Part shown: positions 56,932 through 64,000 of the stretch, piece by piece
How the letters are laid out: the number at the start of each line of letters is the position of its first letter
Position numbering within the stretch: the stretch's first letter is position 1
Virus record (IMG/VR): IMGVR_UViG_3300049434_000014
Coordinates: 32,001 to 96,000 of that record
From: a virus
DNA length: 64,000 nucleotides
Direction: 5' to 3' (one strand)
Position numbers and translations under genes: made by a program
Notes under the pieces: generated by a model
Databases searched by the model: none
Seen by the model: only the letters and a program-made list of their open reading frames with translations
What the model was told of the DNA's origin: nothing

Positions 56932-57864
56932 ATGCGTAAACGACAAAGATTCGTAGTGGCGGGGGCGATTGTTGCCGTCGTGGGTGTGTTGGGCTCGTGT
57001 TCGACTGCTGATCCCTCACCGGGTCAGGTTGCGGCGCATTACAGTAATGGACCGTTTTCTTCGCAGGTGTTTCAGGACTGCGTCGCACCGGGGCAGCTGG
57101 CTTATCAGGGTGTTAGTGATGATCACTTCTACTACCCTGCTGGTCAGCGTTCGTTCAAGTTCAGTAATGATCCTGACTCGGATTATCCTCCGATTGAGGT
57201 GATGAGTAGCGATAGTCAGGTGTTGACGGTTAGTGGCACCATGGCTTTCACGTTGGACACTTCTTGTGCGCCTTGGGATGACAAGGATGCAAATGGCAAT
57301 GTCATCAAGCATTGGCCAGGCGGTTTGTTGCAGAGGTTCCACGAGACACTGGCCATTCAGGACAGCGCGTTTTCGACTTCTGGTGGAACTGAGCCCGGTC
57401 CTGGTTGGGATAAGTTCATTGGTAAGTACGTGAAAGATACCGCCGAGCGTGCGATCACCAATGAGGCTCTGAGGTTCGGTTGGTTTGCCTTGTCTAACGA
57501 TCCTGCGTCGCGTGCGCAGTGGGAGAAAGACGTTGTCACCAAGGTTCCTGATCTGGTGACGGCTCAGATGGGTGCTCCGTACCTGCATATTGACAACATT
57601 CTGTTGCAGAAGCCCGTACCTGGCCCTGGTTTGCTGGCTGGTCTTGCTTCGAAGCAGGAAGCTCAGTTGCGTTCGGATGCTGTCGATATTGACAAGGCTG
57701 CAGCTTTGAACTTCCCTGGTGGCATCAACGCGTACGCGGATTACCAGCAGAAGTTGGGTGTGCTTGCTCTGCAGCGTTCGATCGCTCGCGCTATTGATGA
57801 TGGCAAGGTGAAGGCTGTTCCGGTCCCTGCGGGTTCGCCCGTGATTGTCAGCCCAGGCGGGTAG
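56932..57864 (+). CDS. SPFH/band-7-like lipoprotein
   Basis: Lipobox LGSC; YPAGQR.F.F, V.S.D...L.VSG...F.L and LQKP.P motifs, recalled from actinophage SPFH-domain proteins. Confidence 0.7.
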   Translation: MRKRQRFVVAGAIVAVVGVLGSCSTADPSPGQVAAHYSNGPFSSQVFQDCVAPGQLAYQGVSDDHFYYPAGQRSFKFSNDPDSDYPPIEVMSSDSQVLTVSGTMAFTLDTSCAPWDDKDANGNVIKHWPGGLLQRFHETLAIQDSAFSTSGGTEPGPGWDKFIGKYVKDTAERAITNEALRFGWFALSNDPASRAQWEKDVVTKVPDLVTAQMGAPYLHIDNILLQKPVPGPGLLAGLASKQEAQLRSDAVDIDKAAALNFPGGINAYADYQQKLGVLALQRSIARAIDDGKVKAVPVPAGSPVIVSPGG

Positions 57865-57871
57865 GTGTCTG

Positions 57872-58207
57872 ATGGCTAAGGGTGAGATCTTCGTTTTCAC
57901 TGCGCTTGTTCTTATGCTCGCATTGGGAATGCTGGTCTACAAGTTGTGGCAATACTTCAGTAAGATGGCGTGGGAGAGGGCGCGACGTACTGCTCCGTGG
58001 TTTTCACGATCTTCTATCAATCCTGATGGATCTGTGACGGTGTTGGTTCGTCGTGAGGCGTGGGTGGGCTGGTCGGTTGAGATGGTCGGCGAGCCTGTCG
58101 AGGTCGCAACGATCAAGGTGGCGGATCTGGATCTGGGCTTGCTTCAGGAAGCTGAGGGTCGTGCCGAGATCGTGGCTAATACCTACAACCGCACCAGTTT
58201 GCCCTAG
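57872..58207 (+). CDS. membrane-anchored hypothetical protein
   Basis: N-terminal TM segment; start just after GGGTAG. Confidence 0.55.
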   Translation: MAKGEIFVFTALVLMLALGMLVYKLWQYFSKMAWERARRTAPWFSRSSINPDGSVTVLVRREAWVGWSVEMVGEPVEVATIKVADLDLGLLQEAEGRAEIVANTYNRTSLP

Positions 58208-58218
58208 CTGACACCCTG

Positions 58219-58260
58219 CGCAGGAAGCCTCAGTTCCTTCGGGAGCTGGGGCTTCCTGCG
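58219..58260 (+). terminator. hairpin terminator
   Basis: CGCAGGAAGCCTCAG...CTGGGGCTTCCTGCG followed by TTT. Confidence 0.7.
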
Positions 58261-58357
58261 TTTCTATACTTTCTTGCCTGACCTAGTTGACCTCGTAGAC
58301 CTTGCATGCTACCGTATGGGTAGTACTTGATGACGGGGATCAACCCAGGAGGTAGAC

Positions 58358-59311
58358 ATGGCAACGTCTGTACGGACCGACGAGCACCGCGAGGGTGTGC
58401 TGGTACCCGCGAACTACAGGTTTCGCGAGGTGCTGGATCTCTACGCTGGTGGACCCAAAGATGACGTGATCGCTCTGGCCAAGCAGGCAGCGGTCCCTCC
58501 GAGGTGGCTTCAGTTCGTAGAGCGTCAGCGCGCTCGGGTGAAGCAATACCAGGCTCGCGCAGTCGGCGATCGTCCTCGGTTGTCTCAGTGCAATATCTGT
58601 GGTGCGCACATTCGTTACGCGGTTGTGTGGGCATACAATCCCGAGCCGGGTGGTCACTTCGCTGGTTACATTACTACGGGTACTGACTGTGCCTCGTCCG
58701 TCAATGCTGCACTCGAGTCGGAGATTGCTTCTCAGGCTGGCGCTCTGCGTGAGTTCGTCGCTGGCATGCGTAAGCAGGCGCGGTCGGCTGCAGCGGCGCA
58801 CACGGAGCCTGCTGTGCCTGTTGAGGCGGCGTCACGGTGGTCTGCTGTGGATCGTCGTCGTCAGGCGTGGATCGCGGAGTCTAACGATCACTATCGGGTC
58901 GCGCACTTCCTGCACGCTGTGTCTGGTAACCACGCGGATCTCGGTTGCACTGGTAAATGTTTTCACTGTGACGTGACGGCTCAGTTGGTTGAGACCGGCT
59001 CGTTGTCGGAGCGTCAGGTTGAGGCTGTGCTGCGTTCTGTGCCTTCCTGGGAGGCGCATGGTCGGCTTCCTGAGCCTGCCTTCGAGATTCCTTCAGGTGA
59101 GACCACGATTACAGGCACGCTGGCTTCAGCGCGCAATGGGCACATGCTCATTAAGTGCAAGGGCTACCGTGTGTGGACGATTCCCCCGGAGGGTCTGCGG
59201 TCGGCTCAGACGGGTTCTCAGGTTCGGTTCACTGCTTATGTGGAGCCTTCCACGAAAGATCCTAAGTTTTTGATTGCTCGCGATGTTCGGGACGGAGAGG
59301 TTGTCGGTTGA
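58358..59311 (+). CDS. hypothetical protein with zinc ribbon and C-terminal OB-fold-like region
   Basis: CNICG..IRY....G.DC, G.LS.RQ..AV and G.R.TI.G....G..V.FTA.V motifs; promoter 58287. Confidence 0.65.
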   Translation: MATSVRTDEHREGVLVPANYRFREVLDLYAGGPKDDVIALAKQAAVPPRWLQFVERQRARVKQYQARAVGDRPRLSQCNICGAHIRYAVVWAYNPEPGGHFAGYITTGTDCASSVNAALESEIASQAGALREFVAGMRKQARSAAAAHTEPAVPVEAASRWSAVDRRRQAWIAESNDHYRVAHFLHAVSGNHADLGCTGKCFHCDVTAQLVETGSLSERQVEAVLRSVPSWEAHGRLPEPAFEIPSGETTITGTLASARNGHMLIKCKGYRVWTIPPEGLRSAQTGSQVRFTAYVEPSTKDPKFLIARDVRDGEVVG

Positions 59312-59460
59312 AATGGCTAGGGGTAGACGTCCCGTTCCGGAGGGCTTCGTTCGGATACTAGATCGTCGTAGCTCCGGTGCGGCGGGTGCGCACAAGGGTA
59401 GGACTGTGACGAGAAGTGCTGAGAGAAGCTCAGCTATTCGATCGAGCAGGGAGAATTAAT

Positions 59461-59793
59461 ATGTGTAAGTCGATTACTGTCGGCGAGCTTTTTGCGACCG
59501 ATAATCGGACTTTGACGGAGAAGATGGACGATCATTCGAAGCAAGATAATTTCGAGAGTGCTTTGACTGGTGTTCAGTATCAGCTTCGTCAGGCTCGGAT
59601 CGCTATGCTGGCTGCGGGAATGAAGATGCAGGATACTGATCGCCCGGAGATTGAGGTTGACGATTTCAGGTTGTACGACACTGCGGTGGAGGCAATTCAG
59701 AATCTTCAGGCTCGTATTCGTGACATTCTTGATGATTTGGATCCTAACGCTCCCATCCCGTCTGAGCGGCAGCTCCGCACGGATCAGGTCTAG
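59461..59793 (+). CDS. hypothetical protein
   Basis: GGGAG RBS. Confidence 0.55.
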   Translation: MCKSITVGELFATDNRTLTEKMDDHSKQDNFESALTGVQYQLRQARIAMLAAGMKMQDTDRPEIEVDDFRLYDTAVEAIQNLQARIRDILDDLDPNAPIPSERQLRTDQV

Positions 59794-59823
59794 TCTTCCT
59801 ACGTCGTGTTCAGAGAGGTAGTT

Positions 59824-60108
59824 ATGCATCCGAATTCAGCATTTGCTTGGGATGATACTTCTCATCCTGCTCTTGCAGCCAAGGCGCGCGAGGCTCAGTT
59901 GGAGAAATTAGATACTCTGATGTATGTGCAGAAGAAGCTGATTGAGTCTCAGCGGGCACTGCTTGATGCTTTGTCGTCTCTGGTTGATACCAAGGTTGAG
60001 TTGTCTGCTGCTAGGAAGAAAGCGGCCAGTGAGACTCAGGGTTTCTTGACGGATTTGCAGCTGGCAACGCTGGAAGCATTCGCTTTGATTCAGCAGGGAT
60101 CGGTTTAG
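59824..60108 (+). CDS. hypothetical coiled-coil protein
   Basis: GAGG RBS. Confidence 0.55.
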   Translation: MHPNSAFAWDDTSHPALAAKAREAQLEKLDTLMYVQKKLIESQRALLDALSSLVDTKVELSAARKKAASETQGFLTDLQLATLEAFALIQQGSV

Positions 60109-60196
60109 CGGGTACGACCAGTCGTCTTCGGACAGGGCATAGTAGAGCCTGAACAGACAGAATAAACTAGATATGGGGAGCACCGAAGAGTGGTTG

Positions 60197-60670
60197 TGAC
60201 TGGTCATGTCCACTCTCGGTGACTCGCTACGTTACACTGCAGATCGACTACTCAATTCTGTTCAGGCCCGTTCGATTCATTTGACAACCCGGCACAGGCC
60301 CTCTCGCATCCATGCGACAATGCGAGTCTTGTCTCCCCCTGGCCCATGCCGACTGTCCGTCTCGCCTCCGTATCCCATCCTTTCCGTTCTGTGCCGACGA
60401 GCCAGCTCGATCCGGGTCTCTCCCACCCACCGACTAGTCTCTGCGGATCCTCCCGGGTCAGGTGACTCTGCCGATCTAGTCCCAGCGCATCATCTCGTGT
60501 CCGACTATCCGTATCCGTGCTTGTCGTTTCCAATCGACCAGTCAGTCCCGGTCAGTTCGTGCCTTGTTCCGACAGATCGCTGCTGTTCGTTTCCCGTCAG
60601 TGCGACGGACCGAGACTGTTCGCCTCCAATCAGTTCGACTACTCGACACAAGTCACCCCAAGGCCGACGA
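60197..60670 (+). repeat. phased pentamer array 2 (about 13-14 units)
   Basis: YGAC anchors at 60197, 60220, 60245, 60282, 60315, 60350, 60395, 60431, 60463, 60502, 60535, 60570, 60603, 60636 and 60665; C at every 5th base within units. Confidence 0.8.
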
Positions 60671-60686
60671 ACCGTTAGGACTAGTT

Positions 60687-60908
60687 ATGGCACTGAGTGA
60701 GTCGGTGAAGAACCGTCTGCTGAACTGGAAGTTCGAGCAGGCGTGGCAGACCTTGTCTGAGGAGATGGGCGGGGATGCTTCGGAGGCTGAGGTTCAGACG
60801 GTGCGGGCGTTGGCGATCACGTTCGGGGATCCGGGTTGGTTTGAGGGTTCGATGGCAGACATCATCCGGGCTGTGTTGTGGTTTTTAGGAGTGACTGACG
60901 ATGATTAG
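60687..60908 (+). CDS. hypothetical protein
   Basis: ATG after TAGGAC motif, directly downstream of array 2. Confidence 0.55.
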   Translation: MALSESVKNRLLNWKFEQAWQTLSEEMGGDASEAEVQTVRALAITFGDPGWFEGSMADIIRAVLWFLGVTDDD

Positions 60909-61125
60909 TTTTCGACAGATCGATGAGTTTCTTACTCCTAAGGATCCGTTTTTCAAGCTTTTGATACCTGCTCTGCTTGCGGCTTATGTGTTTATGTTAA
61001 CTGTGGGTGCTGTTGTCGCTATCACTTTCTTTACTATCGGGATGGCTATCGTTATCACGTCTGCTGTGATGGGTAGCTTGTCGTTGGTGATTTTCTACGT
61101 GATCGATAAGGTAGTCACCAAATGA
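60901..61125 (+). CDS. small membrane protein
   Basis: Two TM segments; AGGAG RBS. Confidence 0.55.
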   Translation: MISFRQIDEFLTPKDPFFKLLIPALLAAYVFMLTVGAVVAITFFTIGMAIVITSAVMGSLSLVIFYVIDKVVTK

Positions 61126-61535
61126 CTAGGGTGTGGCGTGCTCATGGATTGCCTCACGGGCATGCGGATATTCCTAGGAAGATACGAACAGCTGATCATC
61201 GATTGTTTGAGCATTTTGATGGTAGTTTGTTTCGTGAGCTTTCTACGTCTCAGTGTAATTATAGGCACTGGGATGAGTTGGTGTTTCCTGTTTTTGAGGT
61301 CTCGGATGTTTCTCCAGAGGCGGTGTCTGCTTCTGCGGATGGTGTGCTCACGGGTGTGTGGATGTCTGGTCAGTTCTCGGACATCGACATGATTAACGAC
61401 ATCGCTGATTGGTTGTTGAAGACTAAGCTTCCTGTGTTGAACGTCAGTTTTGCTGCAGCGGTGGCGGATCGTATTCGTTACCTGCTAGAAAATGATGAGG
61501 AGACTCACCTGCTGCTAGGGAGAGAAGAGCTGTGA
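61122..61535 (+). CDS. hypothetical protein
   Basis: ATGA coupling. Confidence 0.55.
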   Translation: MTRVWRAHGLPHGHADIPRKIRTADHRLFEHFDGSLFRELSTSQCNYRHWDELVFPVFEVSDVSPEAVSASADGVLTGVWMSGQFSDIDMINDIADWLLKTKLPVLNVSFAAAVADRIRYLLENDEETHLLLGREEL

Positions 61536-61837
61536 GTGATCACAAGATCGTGGAGTTTCTGAATTTGTGCGTGTCGGCTGATGAGGCAACCGGGTTAGGT
61601 TCGCCGTGGGAGTTTATCTTCAAGCGACGCATCATTGTCATTCATGCCCCACGTAAAGACGATAATGAGCAGTGGGTGTGTGATGCGTGTTCGTGGATGC
61701 ATCCTGAGATACGTCAGATTGTTAATGCGTACGCACCTTGCGAGCATTTGCAGTATATGTCTATGATCTATTCTAAGCGGGCTGGGTTTGATCCGGATTG
61801 GATTCATGACGTGATCGGGTTCGCTGAGCTTCCCTAA
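61532..61837 (+). CDS. hypothetical protein (DUF6221-like)
   Basis: KRRII..H.....C..C.......PC..L..M...Y..R.GF.P.W motif. Confidence 0.6.
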   Translation: MSDHKIVEFLNLCVSADEATGLGSPWEFIFKRRIIVIHAPRKDDNEQWVCDACSWMHPEIRQIVNAYAPCEHLQYMSMIYSKRAGFDPDWIHDVIGFAELP

Positions 61838-61857
61838 TACTCCGGGTTTTCCGGATA

Positions 61858-62355
61858 TGACTACACTACTCCGATCCTTTCATGTCGTTGGCGAATCGTT
61901 CCCGTCCCGACTATTCGCCGCATGTCCCTTCGTGTCTTGCCAAGTCGACTATTCGTTTCGATCCCGGCCATTTCGTTTTGACTATTCGCATCGGATCCAG
62001 CTCCTATCGATTCGACTGATCTTGTCGACTACGCAAGTCAGTTCCGTTCTTTGCATTGCGACTTGTCGAGCCTGTCCGTGTCCGCGCGTATCGACTACCC
62101 GATCCAGTTCCGTCCTTTCCCGCTCTTTCCGACTACGCTCGTCTCATCCGGGCATGTCATCTCGACTACTCGATTCTTTCTCGTCGCTGCGGCTCTGTTC
62201 GACTACCCGGTTCGATACGGGACATCCCTGTCCGTTCTGACTACCCGTCTCCGTTCGCTTCTAGCCCAGTCCGTCTCGACAACCCATGTCGCGGCACTGC
62301 TCTTCTTTCCGTGACGACAGGCCAGTTCCAGTCTGTTCGTCTCTGTACGACATCA
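61858..62355 (+). repeat. phased pentamer array 3 (about 13 units)
   Basis: Anchors at 61858, 61908, 61946, 61979, 62013, 62026, 62059, 62092, 62130, 62163, 62200, 62238, 62277, 62315 and 62348; spacings mostly 33 or 38. Confidence 0.85.
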
Positions 62356-62375
62356 CACATCGGGTAGGAGTTGGG

Positions 62376-62579
62376 ATGTATACGTTTTCTGAGGGTGTGT
62401 TGATTACGGATGACATGATTGAGCGTGACGATTCGATCGAGCCTCGCGCGGGTCAGCCTTGCTGGTGTCCTGATTCGTTTATCGAGGCGTGTTTTTACGT
62501 GCGGTATTGCCCGCGCCACGGGTCGGTTCCTGATCAGGATCTCTGGAATTTCAGGGTTGCTCCATACGGGATCTCATAG
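62376..62579 (+). CDS. hypothetical protein
   Basis: ATG 8 nt after GGGTAG. Confidence 0.5.
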   Translation: MYTFSEGVLITDDMIERDDSIEPRAGQPCWCPDSFIEACFYVRYCPRHGSVPDQDLWNFRVAPYGIS

Positions 62580-62813
62580 GTCTGCAGGGTTGCATGGTCT
62601 ACGAGGTCATGGTATGGTTGTTCCAACAGCAAGGGAGCCAGCCATGGAGGTCAGTGACAAGATTGAGGATTACCAGTTCGAGGCGCGTGTCCAGATCCGT
62701 TGCGGGTGTGGTCGTTACGTCTCCATCGGTCCTAATGCGGTGACCGGAGATTGCTGGGGTTGTGGTCGGGTCTATCGGACGTCAGTCGAGGTGCTAGCGG
62801 GTAGGACTGGGAC

Positions 62814-63113
62814 ATGACGACAACTCGAAACACTATCACCATTAATATAGTCAATGATGGGTCAGGTGTTACTGCTTCTGGCACTCTTGTCACGAGCCGA
62901 GTGATTGATCTCGAGGATCTTGATGAGCGTTACTGTTTGGTGTATCTCAAGATTGAAGATCCTACTGATGATCACACTCTCTCTCTTACGGTTGTAGATA
63001 TGTTGGAGACGTCCGTTCCGGTTGATTTTGCTGCTATTGAGGAGTCGGTTTACACGGCAGCGCGTGAGACTCGTAAGGCTGCGCGCGAGGCTCTTGCAGC
63101 GCAAAATCAGTAA
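62814..63113 (+). CDS. hypothetical protein
   Basis: ATG 9 nt after GGGTAG. Confidence 0.55.
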   Translation: MTTTRNTITINIVNDGSGVTASGTLVTSRVIDLEDLDERYCLVYLKIEDPTDDHTLSLTVVDMLETSVPVDFAAIEESVYTAARETRKAAREALAAQNQ

Positions 63114-63173
63114 CGGTTCTGACGATCGGTAGTGTATCTTCTGTAAGGGTTGTCTGCGGGGTAGGACTCGATC

Positions 63174-63401
63174 ATGTCGAGTCGTAACTACAGTGTCGCG
63201 ATTCGGATTGCTTGTGTGTGCAAGCGTGGGTTCTATGTTAAGAGAGTGGATCGACCAGCGGTGTGTCCGCATTGTGGACATCGGTTCGCTGTGAAGATCA
63301 AGTGTGTGGAGATCGGGCCAGCTGAGGAGCCTGTCTCAGACAAACGCAAGGCGGGTAGGATTCCGGTGGGTGGTGGAGTCTTGCACGGGGCTAAGACTTA
63401 A
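63174..63401 (+). CDS. small zinc-ribbon protein
   Basis: CVC...CPHCG; ATG 9 nt after GGGTAG. Confidence 0.55.
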   Translation: MSSRNYSVAIRIACVCKRGFYVKRVDRPAVCPHCGHRFAVKIKCVEIGPAEEPVSDKRKAGRIPVGGGVLHGAKT

Positions 63402-63464
63402 ATGACAATGCATTAACTTGCAGCGTCCACCACCCGTTTGACAACTTAACAGAGATCCCATGAT

Positions 63465-63535
63465 GGCTTCATAGACTAATGGCAGGTCACTAGCCTCTCA
63501 AGCTAGGAGTACGGGTTCGACCCCCGTTGGAGCTA
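63465..63535 (+). tRNA. tRNA-Glu(CTC)
   Basis: GGCTTCA/TGGAGCT acceptor; CTAGC-CTCTCAA-GCTAG; ACGGG-TTCGACC-CCCGT. Confidence 0.85.
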
Positions 63536-63547
63536 CGTTTGTATTAA

Positions 63548-63617
63548 CGTTCCGTGGTGTAGGGATAGCACGCCGGTCACGGGACCGGTAGTCCACGTTT
63601 AACTCGTGGCGGAACGA
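63548..63617 (+). tRNA. tRNA-like gene with non-canonical anticodon loop (identity undetermined)
   Basis: CGTTCCG/CGGAACG acceptor; CCGGT-CACGGG-ACCGG (6-nt loop); CCACG-TTTAACT-CGTGG. Confidence 0.6.
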
Positions 63618-63664
63618 CGCACGGCCTAGGATCGCCTCTGCTTCGGGCATGCGCCTAGGTCTCT

Positions 63665-63738
63665 CGGGATGTAGGGAAGCCAGGTATCCCACCTGTTTTG
63701 GGTACAGGAAGCCGCAGGTTCGAATCCTGCCGTCCCGA
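63665..63738 (+). tRNA. tRNA-Pro(TGG)
   Basis: CGGGATG/CGTCCCG; CCTGT-TTTGGGT-ACAGG; GCAGG-TTCGAAT-CCTGC. Confidence 0.9.
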
Positions 63739-63740
63739 CT

Positions 63741-63816
63741 GGATGGATGTAGCTCAATGATAGAGCCCTTGGATTAACGTCTAAGGAGACGTGGGTTTGA
63801 TTCCCGCCACCATCCT
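63741..63816 (+). tRNA. tRNA-like gene with bulged acceptor stem and 8-nt anticodon loop (identity undetermined)
   Basis: TAGCTCAATGATAGAGC D-arm; CTTGG-ATTAACGT-CTAAG; GTGGG-TTTGATT-CCCGC. Confidence 0.6.
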
Positions 63817-63820
63817 TCAT

Positions 63821-63894
63821 GGTGAATGTAGCTCAAATGGCAGAGCGCCTGATTGTGGGTCAGGTCGTTGCGGGTTCGATTCCCGTCGTTCACC
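63821..63894 (+). tRNA. tRNA-His(GTG)
   Basis: G-1; GTGAATG/CGTTCAC; CCTGA-TTGTGGG-TCAGG. Confidence 0.92.
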
Positions 63895-63978
63895 CCGAGA
63901 GGGACGGAGTCCAAAGCACATATGGTACCTGTTGCTAGGACTTAAACGACAATGTTATGTGTGTCCGTCCTTCTCCTA

Positions 63979-64000
63979 TCCTCGTTAGCTCAAAGGCAGA
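63979..64000 (+). tRNA. 5' part of a tRNA, truncated by the window end
   Basis: TCCTCGT-TA-GCTC-AAAGGCAGA. Confidence 0.6.

Noticed and set aside
5385-57864. TAG stop-codon reassignment, since many genes end in GGGTAG/CGGTAG
   Set aside because: Conserved proteins are full length at these stops, no CTA-anticodon tRNA was seen, and overlap with a promoter motif explains the pattern
2567-57900. Long minus-strand ORFs (for example 2567-3436, 18586-19485, 21021-21932, 46083-46841, 57016-57900)
   Set aside because: Antisense shadows of well-supported + strand genes, with no recognisable motifs
60206-60700. 164-aa ORF (and the ORFs at 61857-62367) as real genes
   Set aside because: Low-complexity translations overlapping in several frames, no RBS, and a 5-nt rather than 3-nt periodicity
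60197-62355. CRISPR array interpretation of the periodic CGACTA regions
   Set aside because: The constant part is only about 6 nt, the intervening sequence is itself periodic, and no cas operon is present
63438-63464. TTGACA...CATGAT promoter for the tRNA cluster
   Set aside because: The spacer is only 15 nt and the -10 abuts the first tRNA base, leaving no room for a start site
1-64000. Integrase, transposase, reverse transcriptase/DGR, sigma factor, or RAMP/Cas7-like gene
   Set aside because: No diagnostic motifs recognised in any ORF of this window; such genes may lie elsewhere in the genome or be too divergent for manual reading

Overview
This window is a 64-kb segment of a large tailed phage of an actinomycete. 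Almost all genes lie on the + strand, are densely packed and are mostly small hypotheticals. Recognisable content: an ArdC-like antirestriction protein; an FkbM methyltransferase; a low-affinity iron permease; a Ro60/TROVE protein preceded by three tandem Y-RNA-like RNAs; SbcC/SbcD-like recombination proteins; a DNA amino-methyltransferase; EndoVII and HNH endonucleases; a PD-(D/E)XK nuclease; a beta-clamp; a UvrD-like helicase; two tRNA-Lys genes next to a T4 Rnl1-like RNA ligase and a PNK/phosphatase; a tail fibre/spike cluster; a CDF transporter; a SufS-like class V aminotransferase; a second RNA ligase; WhiB; an SPFH-like lipoprotein; and the start of a tRNA cluster at the right end. Three distinct promoter classes can be read directly from the sequence: SigA-like, GTAAC-N17-CGATA and (G/C)GGTAG at leaderless starts. 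The most unusual signal is three non-coding arrays (about 55.96, 60.2-60.7 and 61.86-62.35 kb). Each is built from mostly 33-39-nt units: a YGACWR anchor followed by 5-6 phased pentamers (semi-fixed NYC triplet plus variable NN). This looks like a guide-RNA-type array, but no effector gene is recognisable in the window. All assignments come from manual motif reading; no database searches were run.
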